NCBI GenBank assembly: GCA_963825865.1
Contig: CAWGVG010000014.1
Coordinates: 138,671-202,670 of the forward strand
DNA length: 64,000 nucleotides
Reading direction: 5' to 3'
Origin: an uncultured Nitrososphaeraceae archaeon
GTDB lineage: Archaea; Thermoproteota; Nitrososphaeria; Nitrososphaerales; Nitrososphaeraceae
Translations under genes and position numbers: made by a program
Shown: in pieces, positions 10,717 to 21,218 of the stretch
Layout: each line of letters starts with the position of its first letter
Numbering within the stretch: position 1 is the first letter of the stretch
The notes under the pieces: model-generated
Seen by the model: only the letters and a program-made list of their open reading frames with translations
The model's database searches: none
Told to the model about the DNA's origin: nothing

Positions 10717-11155
10717 ATGAACAACACAAAATCACTAGCAATAGTTGCTGTCTTAACGGCAGCAACATTAGTAGTAGGACTAACAGTCGCAGCAACGGCA
10801 ACACCATCGGCATTTGCTGGTGGGAATAAAGAAAGACAGGACAAATACATGAAAGGCGAACAAGATGGTTACAAGAAAGTAAAACAAGACTCCTATAAGA
10901 AAAATACCTACAAGAAAGGAAAACAAACTAATGGAAATGATGGCGCTAAGGCGAGTGGTAATACACTTACCGTCCAGGCAGCCAAACAACACGGCATAGT
11001 GAGTGGATTTGATAACACACTAGAACAAGAAGCTCAAAACGTGATATGTACCTCATCCAAGCTCAACCTGTGTAAGTGAAGGCAGCGAAACTAACGCGAC
11101 TGACACAACTGACAACAACAATGGTGACGCAGCGGCGACGGCCCGGGCCACTGAC
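10717..11155 (+). CDS. Secreted micro-protein, cassette 3 (1-nt insertion near 11052; true 3' end uncertain)
   Basis: Leader nearly identical to cassette 2; short Y(K/M)K repeats; removing one base restores ICTHPSSTCVSEG. Confidence 0.72.
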
Positions 11156-11156
11156 A

Positions 11157-11202
11157 AGGTAGTTCTTTTACAACTACTACCGCAACCTTTTTTTCTTTTT
11201 TT
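11157..11202 (+). terminator. Putative terminator (GGTAGT...ACTACC hairpin plus oligo-T)
   Basis: Paralogous to 10053-10098. Confidence 0.6.
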
Positions 11203-11291
11203 CTAATATCATAATTAAATAATTATCCTTGATCACATGGTCATAGGTGCATGACACTATATGTTACCAGTTATTAATAACATAAATACTA

Positions 11292-12149
11292 TCATTCTAA
11301 TTTTCCTTCAGTCAATGGTCTTATAGGGACATGGTCCTTTCTTACTTTGAGTTTATCAAATATATCTGCAGACTGGTTAGATTCCTCACCCTCTATCTCT
11401 ACATCCAATTCATTCTTTATTACATCCCTTCCTTACCTTGCGCCAATTAGTATTATCTGTGCATTCTGATAATCTATAAATTTTGTATCTTTAGCAAGAG
11501 ATACAAAGTTTTCAGTATCATTGAATTCCTTTAGCACCTCCTGTGGATATTTTGGAGGCTCCTCTGTGCTTGGATAGCCTGTTGGGGCTGGCCTTTTAGG
11601 ATTAATAACTGAAATAATATAACTTGCTTCCTTTTCGATACCTAGTTCTTTTTGAGATTCACCAGGTTCTTTTGGCATTTCCAAAATATATGCTAATTCT
11701 GCATGGTTTTGGTGTTTTACTATAGCATACTTGCCTTCACCAACTGGCCTAGCTGCATCACCTTTTCTAAACTCATCTGACAAGAGATCTTTTGTAAGTT
11801 CATTAGGATCGTTGAATATACCGCCTACTCTGGCCCAATACCGCTCAGATGCTCTGGCTTCACTCTTTCTAATCTCTGGGAGTGATTTTTTACCTATAAC
11901 AAATAGCCTATAAAACTGATTTTTACCACCACTCTCTTTAGTATTTTCTGATTTTTCAGGGGCAGTAACCATGAAAAAGCGCCTAACATCCTCAATGCCC
12001 TTTACCTCCTCCGCATCTTTCTTGGGCCTATAAAAGAAATAGATATCACCTTGTTCTAGAATTTCAGGTTTAGTATTATCACTAATATATATATTATTAG
12101 CATTCATTTGATTTTCTTGTTGTCTTTGTTGATCCATAATTAAACTCAC
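11292..12149 (-). CDS. Conserved hypothetical protein (LEQGDIYFFYRP family) with in-frame TAA at 11433
   Basis: Frame continues after TAA (GRDVIKNEL...ADIFDKLK...RPLTEGKLE) to TGA at 11292. Confidence 0.65.
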
Positions 12150-12156
12150 ACTCTTT

Positions 12157-12423
12157 TTAATTTATAAAAAGTGACAAATTACATTCTTGGCAAAAGTAGC
12201 AAAGCCCATTAAAATCGGAGGATAATGACATTATATCATAACAGCGAGGACATTCAATTTCCTGTTCTAGATCTTGCAGCATTTTCTTTTCTCCCTTGTT
12301 ATCCTCAGTTTGTTTCTCATATTGCAAAGGATTAGGATCGACTTGCCGCTGTTGTCTTTGTTCTTGTTGATGCTGTCGCTGCTGCAATAGCAATTTCTTG
12401 CTCCTCATTTTTTGGACTAGCAC
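12157..12423 (-). CDS. Small zinc-ribbon protein
   Basis: CPRC...CQEC, Gln-rich N-terminus. Confidence 0.65.
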   Translation of the reverse strand: MLVQKMRSKKLLLQQRQHQQEQRQQRQVDPNPLQYEKQTEDNKGEKKMLQDLEQEIECPRCYDIMSLSSDFNGLCYFCQECNLSLFIN

Positions 12424-12736
12424 TGATTAGCTTGAGTTGTTATTATATTCCGAAACACAAACCATTACCTATGGAAACAATGTGGTGTGAAATTATTTGT
12501 ATTCTTAATGTTTAATGCATTTTAAACTTTGTAATATATTAATTATCATGCCATCCTCCTAGTATTGGCTTGTAAAATATCCAAGATAATTACTGACCAT
12601 AAAGGGAAAATATGACCGACGACAATGATCTCTGCTCACTATCGTCGTATCTGTAGAATTACGACCTCAATTACAGAGAAAGAAAATTGATGACAAAACC
12701 ATAAGACTTTACAATTATAGATTCCTAAGTTAGAAT

Positions 12737-12883
12737 ATGTTTGGTAAAGCAAGATGTAAATTATGTGGTAACAATGTTAGATTTGCGTTGAGACATTTAA
12801 AGGAAAAACATCCTGAAACATTAGACGATAAAGATGTAATAAAATTGAATATGTTGAGGATAATGAAGAAATATTTTGAATAA
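12737..12883 (+). CDS. 48-aa C2H2 zinc-finger micro-protein
   Basis: MFGKARCKLCGNNVRFALRHLKEKHPE...; below the ORF-track cutoff. Confidence 0.65.
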   Translation: MFGKARCKLCGNNVRFALRHLKEKHPETLDDKDVIKLNMLRIMKKYFE

Positions 12884-13223
12884 ATCATTATTTTGTAATA
12901 ACTTTTATTTGAATGGATTCTGTTAACTCCATAGCATGGTTACATGTGGAAGAGGCTTCATTTATTTATCTATCGAAATAGTGTAATGATGTATTCTAAT
13001 AGAATGTTTTTTGCATAATAACACTATATTAACGGATATCAATTGGTTCAGAAAAGGCGATATGTTTATACCAAATTATTTACGATATTTTTATTATGGC
13101 ATAAATCTCATTTGCAGTTTTTTATTTTAATTATCCATTATATTTATGATTTGAATCAAATTCAATTAAGCAAATTTAATAAATGCGATTAGTCATATTA
13201 GTATTAAAGAAGTAGCATATAAT

Positions 13224-13391
13224 ATGCGTCTATTCAAAAGGAAAGAAAAAGAAAAGGACAGTAATAACAACACTTCTACTCTTATAAAATGTAAACATTG
13301 CGATATGGAATTTGAAGATAAGGAAAGATTAAAGATACATGATAAAAAGGCTCATTCTGGAAAAGGTGAAAGAAAGAAAATGAAGAAATAG
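13224..13391 (+). CDS. 55-aa C2H2 zinc-finger micro-protein
   Basis: CKHCDMEFEDKERLKIHDKKAHSG fits C-x2-C-x3-F-x5-L-x2-H-x4-H. Confidence 0.75.
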   Translation: MRLFKRKEKEKDSNNNTSTLIKCKHCDMEFEDKERLKIHDKKAHSGKGERKKMKK

Positions 13392-13657
13392 AGGATTTTT
13401 ATTGAATTTTAATAATAAAAATCACATAATACATCTCTCTCTATACATAGAAAAGGAAATTAAGCAAGATAGTTAGCCTGTAGTAATTCTTAACAGATGA
13501 ACAAATTGTGTACCCCAATTATATCGGGTAAACAGAAGATACATCTCTTTTTAGCCTTTCACCTTCAGCAGTTATACTTGATTAATTGGTGCTTTTTTCC
13601 ATATGTGTATATTATAAGAGAGCAAATGTAATAATAGTTCTAACGGTTTTAAGAAAG

Positions 13658-13971
13658 ATGATGAATACTAATGAGCAGTATCTTTCTGGACCATTGTTAT
13701 GGATAGGCATCTCTCTTGGTGTTATCTTTGCTATTTATTTTTATACTCCTTTTCCTTTATCTATACCATTAGCGATAACAGCTTTCATTTTCTTAAACTT
13801 TTATTTGAGAAAAAAAGTTGTTAAAAAAATGAATACAATTGGTAATACTACTGGAGCAGTAATGCCTCCTCTTTAATCTATTGTTGTATTAAGTGCGGAA
13901 CAAGACATAATGAAACTGCTTGTCCTAAATGTGGTTCAAAGATGAAAAAAGCAGATTTCCATAGATTTTGA
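13658..13971 (+). CDS. Two-TM membrane protein with C-terminal zinc ribbon (frameshift near 13870)
   Basis: Two hydrophobic helices, then in shifted frame YCCIKCGTRHNETACPKCGSKMK. Confidence 0.6.
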
Positions 13972-14023
13972 GAGTTTGTTACAATGAATATTTCAGTAAT
14001 TTACAAATTCAACGGTAGTTGAG

Positions 14024-14425
14024 CAATAAACCCATTATTCAAACAAGGCAAAGAGACTACGAGGAAAAAGACCCAATACACTTATCAGTGACGGTGCTCG
14101 TAATTTCAATGATGCCTTTAACAAGGAATTCTACACAAATACCACTCCAAGAACAAGGCATATCAGACATATCCGTTTACAAGGAGACCACAATAACAAC
14201 AAGATGGAGCGTTTCAATGGAGAGGTTAGAGACAGGGAGAAAGTAATGAGGGGATTGAAAAAGAAAGATTCTCCAATTCTAACAGGATATCAAATATTTC
14301 ATAACTACGTTAGACCGCATATGGGACTAAATGGTATGACACCTGCTGAAATGTGTGGAATTAAGATTGAAGGTCAGAATAAATGGTTGACGTTAATTCA
14401 AAATGGAGAGAAATATAGATCTTAA
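14024..14425 (+). mobile_element. DDE transposase C-terminal fragment (IS6-family-like)
   Basis: LISDG...NNNKMERFNGEVRDR...FHNYVRPHMGLNGMTPAE; N-terminus absent. Confidence 0.75.
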
Positions 14426-14508
14426 AACCATTAATTTGAGAACACTAGACTTAACCAAACACAAATCTAAAATATATTGAAACTAGTCAAAGTCACAATA
14501 ATAAACCA

Positions 14509-14690
14509 ATGACAACTGTTGTTGCAATAAAATCAGATGATGGTATTATCTTGGCAGGTGACAGCCAAGGAAGCAATAATACTATGAAAGATTTAGACAT
14601 AAGTAAACTTTTTCCTATAAATGATTCAATAGGTGTTGGTGCTGCTGGGGATATTGGTCACATTAGAGTATTGATTGATAAATTAAAACT
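14509..14690 (+). pseudogene. Proteasome beta-subunit-like (Ntn hydrolase) N-terminal fragment
   Basis: MTTVVAIKSDDGIILAGDSQGS...GVGAAG; sequence switches to antisense integrase at about 14690. Confidence 0.65.
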
Positions 14691-15568
14691 ATGCCCCATT
14701 AGTAATTCTTTAAATGAATGTGCTACGTCAGAGTTCATCAAAGCAGTATTGAAAAACTTTCTTAGGCTATGGTCTGGCTGTAATTGTTCTTACGGTAAAC
14801 CAGCTTTTGTTAAAAGAAATTTCATTTGTTTATTTATCGTTTGTTCTCTCAGTGGCCTTGCTTTATTAGTAGCCTTTGAAAAGGCTGCAAATTTATCCCG
14901 TATAATATATGACTCCTCTGTTATTTTTCATGTTGCCTTTTCCTAAATTCAAAATATTCGTCTAATGTAGCCATGCATTCAGGTGTTAATAGAGCATTGT
15001 ATTTATAATTTTTAGACTGTGGATAGATGCTTAATATGCTAATATTATTACTTTCTTGCAATCTTTTGAGATGTTTTATCTTTAATTCTTTGATAGCTCC
15101 TACTCTTATTCCAGTAGATGACATTAGCAAAATAAGACAGCGATCTCTAAGATCAGATTCTACCAAGAGTTTTGCTATCTCCTCTCTTGTATATGCTCTT
15201 AAATTATTAGTAACTTGTTCAGGACAATATTTTATAATCTTTTTCCAATTTAGCATTATTTCATTAAAGTCAAGGAAAGATTGTATGCCATCTAAATAAT
15301 TTTTAATAGAGTTTACTGATATTTCTCCGCGCTTTGCTTTATCGACCGATTGCTTAGCATTCTTTTTAAGGTGTATAATGTAGTTAAGAACCATATTCCT
15401 TATTTGTTCTGGTTTTAATTGAATTAAAGTATCAGGGTCAATCTTGTGATATTTGCATAATAATGAAAGGTGAACCTTATACGCATTCTTTGTAGCTGGA
15501 GAATTATATCCTTCAAGCCATATTTTACAGGAGTTATAGCTTTCCAAGTCTAGCTTTGTGAACCACAT
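14685..15568 (-). mobile_element. Tyrosine recombinase/integrase pseudogene
   Basis: STGIRVGA (catalytic R); after frameshift at about 14925, HSLRKFF and LMGH; in-frame stop near 14790; truncated before catalytic Tyr. Confidence 0.85.
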
Positions 15569-16578
15569 CTTGTCTTTGGCGCGGCGGCAATGGTAGTGAC
15601 GGCGATAGGAGTAGTACTCAAAATAACAGTCATCCTATATTTACAAGTCCCCAGCTATTAACCATACTGACTGTGATGGATCCAAAATATGCCTACTTTA
15701 GGCTTGATTGTCCCTTAGACTTCTTTGATAGAATTCTCTCCGAAATAGGCTCAGTACCCATAGGTAAGCAATCCTGCATTTAGAAAAGCTGTTGTTTCAA
15801 TTGGTGTACATTCTGATATTAGATTAAGACCAAAATTAAATTGCAAATACAATAGTTGTTTTAACAAGCTACCATTATTCTTAAAAGGCATTCTGGAAAA
15901 AGATCTTCAATTTTCAGATAGTCTTGTTAATCTTTAGGAATTTCAAATGTTATTATAATAGTCATCTATCTGAAAATTTATGAAGATTACTGATTATTAC
16001 ATCAAAAACAATTATAATAACATCTTAAGATACTAAAAACTTCCATGTTCCTTACAACTATTTATAATGTACACAAACAATTGATGCATATCTATATCCA
16101 ATATTCATAATGAACAATAAGATAGTATAAGAATCATAGATAATAACTGACAAAATTTTTATTTCAATCAACACTATAAATGTAAAAAAATTACATATAA
16201 GATATATTCTGCTATTATCAGAAATGTCTGTATTAGAAAATGGACTCAAGAATAAAGTTGTCAATCGCCGCAGCAATCCTTATCGTTATTGCAATTATCG
16301 TTATGATTGTTGAGAAAGATTAATCTATTCTTTTAGTTCAAATTTGATTTTAAAAATTATAAGCATATAATTGTCGGGTCCAAAATATGCCCTAAAAATT
16401 CAGAGCATTCAAAGTCAGATAGAAATAATTAAGGAGATATCTATGCAAAAAACATATTTCAAAATTTCTACTCATTGCTCAGCGATTTCTAACAGCAGTG
16501 GAAGACATCTACAATATATATTAATAAATAAATATACCTTACAAATCGTTAAAGAATACTTCTTCAAATGGAAATTTC

Positions 16579-17697
16579 ATGGGACCTGCAATTTATTCTA
16601 CTGGAAATCCAGCATTAGACTTCTTCTTTACATTGTTCAATGGAATTTCCGAAGTCCCATTGTTCAGTTCTCCAATCACGGGGATTTTGATTCTAGCAGG
16701 TGTATTTGTGGCATCAAGGAAGGCCGGCGGAATGATGGCCTTGTCTGGGCTAATAGGTGCTGGGATGGCTATTCTATTTGGTGCACCATATGGGCTGGTA
16801 ACATTTGGATTATTTGGTTACAACTCCATCTTGACGGGTATGGCATTTTGGTCTGGTCCTTTCGTAAAGGCAAATAAAGCTACATTCTTCATATCAGTCT
16901 TTGGTGCTGCCATCACGGCGGTGACTTGGATGGCATTCTCCCATCTTATGGGCGACCTGTTTGTTTTGAATGGTACAAAGAGTTCATGGGCAATTCCTGG
17001 ATTTACGTCATCTTTCATCTTCACAACTTGGGCTATGATGTATGCCAGCAAGAGGTATGGCCACGATATCTGGCCTGCACCACCACCACCTCCAAAGGAG
17101 GAATTGATTGCAGGTAGCGGCAATCAAGCCACAAATGACAACTTCAAATGGACTGCAAAAGAATTTATCATAGCTACCTTAAAGGGTGTATCCCAGGTTA
17201 CTTTTGTTGAAAATTGGAAGACAGGTATTTTCTGGGTAGTAGGTCTTACTCTTTCGTTTGAGTTAGCACCCCTTATCGCAGGACAGGCTAGGCCCTGGTT
17301 TACAAATGGATACACAGCTCAATGGAATGAGTTTTCACCTCTGTATTTGGGGGGATTGATGGCACTCATAGGCTCAGCAGTAGGAGCTGCCTTGGCAATT
17401 CTTACAAAATTACCAACTGCAGAGATAAGACTGGGGCTGCATGGCTTCAATCAAGTGCTGGTAATGATAGCTCTGACCAGTTTTCTACCTTTAACTCCAC
17501 AATCATTCATGATGGCGCTACTAGCAACAGTTGCGTGTTCAGTAATAGTAATGCCGGCTTTGCAAAGATTTTTTGGAATGTGGGGTCTGCCTGCTCTAAC
17601 AGGACCTTTCGTATTTACAGCATGGGTGTTTCTGCTAGGAATTTCGGGTTTCTCACATATTCCCGCAGGAATTGGCTGGTCAAGACCAGCCCCATAG
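16579..17697 (+). CDS. Urea transporter (UT/Yut family)
   Basis: Two homologous halves with GLFGYN / GLHGFN motifs, GVSQV, ALTGPFV; upstream of urease. Confidence 0.88.
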   Translation: MGPAIYSTGNPALDFFFTLFNGISEVPLFSSPITGILILAGVFVASRKAGGMMALSGLIGAGMAILFGAPYGLVTFGLFGYNSILTGMAFWSGPFVKANKATFFISVFGAAITAVTWMAFSHLMGDLFVLNGTKSSWAIPGFTSSFIFTTWAMMYASKRYGHDIWPAPPPPPKEELIAGSGNQATNDNFKWTAKEFIIATLKGVSQVTFVENWKTGIFWVVGLTLSFELAPLIAGQARPWFTNGYTAQWNEFSPLYLGGLMALIGSAVGAALAILTKLPTAEIRLGLHGFNQVLVMIALTSFLPLTPQSFMMALLATVACSVIVMPALQRFFGMWGLPALTGPFVFTAWVFLLGISGFSHIPAGIGWSRPAP

Positions 17698-17815
17698 CTC
17701 AAAAAAGCGGCACAAATACTCAACATACAACCTCCTTTTTTCTTTAATAAGCTAATTAAATCAAAAATATCTTTACATATAAATCCCACAAAAATGTGAG
17801 ACATGTACATAATGT

Positions 17816-18400
17816 ATGAAAACAGCCGAGTTTGAGCAGTTTCTGAAATTTGCAGAGGATCATTTATCTGACAAGTCTGATCCAGAAAAGATTCAGACTT
17901 TTATCTCTTGGTGCAAAAAAAGTGGTATTGAGGAGGTAATCCTTAGGCTAAGTTCTGAAAATAAAGGAGGCTGGGGAAAGAACTTTTTCCTTGATTTCAC
18001 TACAAGTCGAATAATAGTTAGTAAGAAAAAATTTATGAGGAAATTCGTGGATATGGGTTATATCGCTGGAATGGCGCCGTTTCCCTACATGTTATTATCA
18101 AAAAATTTGAAACTATCTGATTTGAGAAAGGGATCAGTAATAAATCCAGAAGATACTCTAGGAAAAGATAGCTCGAATTTCTTTATTCCATATTCAGAAA
18201 TACAAGAAGTTATTATTCGGAAAGGATTAGAGAGTATTGTAACAAATATGCTTGGTAGTATAATAACAAGGAATTTTCTCACAGTTAAGACTTCAAGCAA
18301 AAAATATGATTATGGGCTCCCAGTAAATAAAAATGGAGCGTTCGAGCAAATCCATTATTGGCTAGGTGTAATAATGCCTGTCAAAGTCTTCGCACGTTAG
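17816..18400 (+). CDS. Hypothetical protein in urea locus (possible PH-like fold)
   Basis: Intact 194-aa ORF; FTTSRIIV and FIPYSEIQEVII patterns. Confidence 0.65.
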   Translation: MKTAEFEQFLKFAEDHLSDKSDPEKIQTFISWCKKSGIEEVILRLSSENKGGWGKNFFLDFTTSRIIVSKKKFMRKFVDMGYIAGMAPFPYMLLSKNLKLSDLRKGSVINPEDTLGKDSSNFFIPYSEIQEVIIRKGLESIVTNMLGSIITRNFLTVKTSSKKYDYGLPVNKNGAFEQIHYWLGVIMPVKVFAR

Positions 18401-18563
18401 AATGCAGACATTACATTTAGTCGACATCGACTGAGTGTATACTAAGTTACAAGGCGTATGAAATGAAATTAGCAGACTGAAATTACTTTTATATATAAAT
18501 TACTAATTTTAAATTTAAAATAAATCAAACCTCTACTATACGTCGAGGTATATAGAGAGAGAA

Positions 18564-18866
18564 ATGATGTTAGCTCCGAGAGAAGTCGATAAGATGTTGA
18601 TTTGGACAGCTGCACAAATAGCAGCAGGACGAAAACAAAAAGGGGTAAAATTGAACTATCCTGAGACAATTGCTTATATTTCCAATTATGTTGTAGAAGG
18701 AGCTCGAGAAGGAAAGAGCGTGGCCGAACTCATGAAATCGGCAAGGGAAATAATAGGAAAAAATGATGTTATGCCAGGGATACCAGAACTAATACACACA
18801 GTCCAAGTGGAGGCTACGTTTCCAGATGGCACAAAATTGGTGACGGTGCATGACCCGGTGCAATAG
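18564..18866 (+). CDS. ureA: Urease subunit gamma
   Basis: [24 protein letters not shown]. Confidence 0.97.
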   Translation: MMLAPREVDKMLIWTAAQIAAGRKQKGVKLNYPETIAYISNYVVEGAREGKSVAELMKSAREIIGKNDVMPGIPELIHTVQVEATFPDGTKLVTVHDPVQ

Positions 18867-18942
18867 GTGATTGAAATGGTAGTTAGCAAAACTAAAAAAT
18901 CAAAAAAAAAGACCTCACAGGGAGGAGGAGGTTGCTAATAAG

Positions 18943-19311
18943 ATGATTCCAGGAGAATATATCCTATCGTCAGAACCTGTCATCTGCAACGAAAATAGAA
19001 AAACTAGTAAGGTCACTGTAAAGAACACTGGCGACAGACCTTGTCAGGTCGGTTCACATACTCACTTCTTTGAGGTAAATAGAGCATTAGACTTCCCAAG
19101 GGAAAAGGCCTTTGGATATAGGCTGAATATTCCAGCTGGAACTTCGGTAAGGTTTGAGCCAGGAGACTCAAAGGAAGTGGAATTATGCGAATTGGGAGGC
19201 AAGCGCATTTGCTTTGGATTCAACTCTCTAACAATGGGTAGTATGAATACCACAGTAGTAAAGAAGGCAGCAATTGAGAAGGCCAAGAGACTTGGCTATA
19301 AGGGAGCATAG
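18943..19311 (+). CDS. ureB: Urease subunit beta (possible Lys-rich N-terminal extension from 18876 via a 1-nt error)
   Basis: MIPGE, NTGDRPCQVGSHTHFFEVN, RLNIPAGTSVRFEPG. Confidence 0.97.
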   Translation: MIPGEYILSSEPVICNENRKTSKVTVKNTGDRPCQVGSHTHFFEVNRALDFPREKAFGYRLNIPAGTSVRFEPGDSKEVELCELGGKRICFGFNSLTMGSMNTTVVKKAAIEKAKRLGYKGA

Positions 19312-19328
19312 GAGTAGGGTGAATAGAA

Positions 19329-21105
19329 ATGGTTCTTAAATTAACACGAAAACAATACTCAGATCTGTTTGGACCAACAACAGGGGACAAAGTTAGACTA
19401 GGAGATACAGACATAATCGTAGAAGTAGAAAAGAATCTCATATCACTTGGAGATGAAGTTGTTTTTGGTGGAGGAAAGACAATAAGGGACGGATTGGCAC
19501 AAACTCCAGGCATCACAAATGCGAACGGTGCTCTTGATTTTGTGATTACAAACGCGGTTGTCCTTGATCCAGTACTTGGCATAGTAAAAGGCGACATTGG
19601 TATAAAGGATGGCAAGATTGCTGGAGTTGGAAGTGCAGGCAATCCTTACACAATGGATAAAGTACCTTCTAACCTGGTAATCTCGGCATGCACTGAGGCT
19701 ACTGCTGGCGAGCATACCATATGTACCCCAGGTCATTTTGATACCCACATACATATGATATCTCCTCAACAGTACGTAGATGCCATCAGCGGAGGCATTT
19801 GCAATATGATAGGAGGCGGAACTGGTCCAGCTGACGGTACAAATGCAACTACTTGCACACCAGGTGTCTTTAACATTAGCAGAATGATGGAAAGTGTGGA
19901 AGATATACCGATGAATTGGGGCTTCTTGGGAAAGGGTAACGATTCTCATCCTTCACTAGCAACACAAATGGAACAAATAGAAGCCGGGGCATGCGGATTA
20001 AAGGATCATGAAGACTGGGGCACCACTGCCGACAGTTTTGGACGCATCGTTGAAGGCAGTAGACGCTACTGATACACAGCTCGCCATCCATACCGATTCA
20101 ATCAATGAATGCGCTTATGTTGAGGACACAATAAATGCCATCGATGGAAGAACAGTACACAGTTATCATACAGAAGGTGCTGGCGGCGGTCATGCACCAG
20201 ACATCATGAAAATTGCAGGAGAAGAATTCGCGCTTCCATCTTCGACAAATCCAACTAGACCATATACAGTAAATACTGTAGACGAGCATCTAGATATGCT
20301 AATGTTCTGTCACCATCTGAATCCCGCAGTTGCTGAGGACGTTGCATTTGCAGAGTCCAGAATAAGAGCTGAAACCATCGCTGCCGAAGATGTTTTGCAT
20401 GATGAAGGTGTCTTGAGCATGTATTCATCTGACAGCCAAGCAATGGGAAGGATAGGCGAAGTAGTAATCCGTGCGTGGCAGACTGCAGATAAAATGAAGA
20501 AGATGAAAGGCAAACTAGTAGAGGAAGAGACAGAAAGCAATGAAAAAGCAGAGAGTAAGTCGAAGGATAAGAGAAGAGGAGACAATGATAATTTCAGAGC
20601 GAAAAGATACATCGCAAAAACAACCATAAATCCTGCCATAACACATGGTGTAGCGGACTATTTAGGCTCCCTTGAAGTCGGCAAATATGCAGATATTGTT
20701 ATGTATCCAATGGCATTCTTCCCAGCAAAGCCGAAAATGGTATTCAAGGGAGGATTCATAGCATGGTCAATTATGGGAGATCCTAATGCATCGCTTCCGA
20801 CCCCTGAACCAGTGTTCTACAGGCCAATGTTTGGAGCAATGGGAAAAGCAGTAAAGAAAACGTGTTTCACATTTACATCAAAGGCAGCGATGAAACTAGG
20901 AGTACCTGAAAAGCTAGGACTTGAAAAAGTGATGTTGCCAGTAAAGAATTGCAGGAATATTGGCAAGCATGATATGATGTGGAACGACAAGACCCCTGAG
21001 ATAACAATAGATCCAGAGACATACGAAGTTAAGTTGGACGGAAAAATTGCGACTGTCGATCCAGCCAAAGAACTAGCTTTGGCGCAAAGATACTTTATGG
21101 CATAA
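19329..21105 (+). CDS. ureC: Urease subunit alpha (frameshift near 20025)
   Basis: [39 protein letters not shown] motifs. Confidence 0.97.
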
Positions 21106-21218
21106 GAGCGCGTATACGTACAGAGAACAATAACAGCAGTAACCAAACTTCTTTTTTCCTTTTTTTCTTGATTTATCATATATACCTTTATTTTTCTCTA
21201 TCAGAGAGAGTAATACTG

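Noticed and set aside
8525-11202. CRISPR array or RiPP cluster
   Set aside because: Repeats are gene-sized, about 1 kb apart and protein-coding; no cas genes or peptide-modifying enzymes adjacent; leaders look Sec-type
840-12149. In-frame stops (TGA 1044, TAG 8785, TAA 11433) as recoding, selenocysteine or pyrrolysine
   Set aside because: Three different stop codons at non-catalytic positions; all three codons terminate core genes normally here; single substitutions or errors explain them
14690-14946. C-terminal half of ORF 14509-14946 as real protein
   Set aside because: It is the antisense of the integrase catalytic region
16058-16877. ORFs 16058-16276 and 16371-16877
   Set aside because: AT-rich or out-of-frame overlap with the urea transporter; no recognisable motifs
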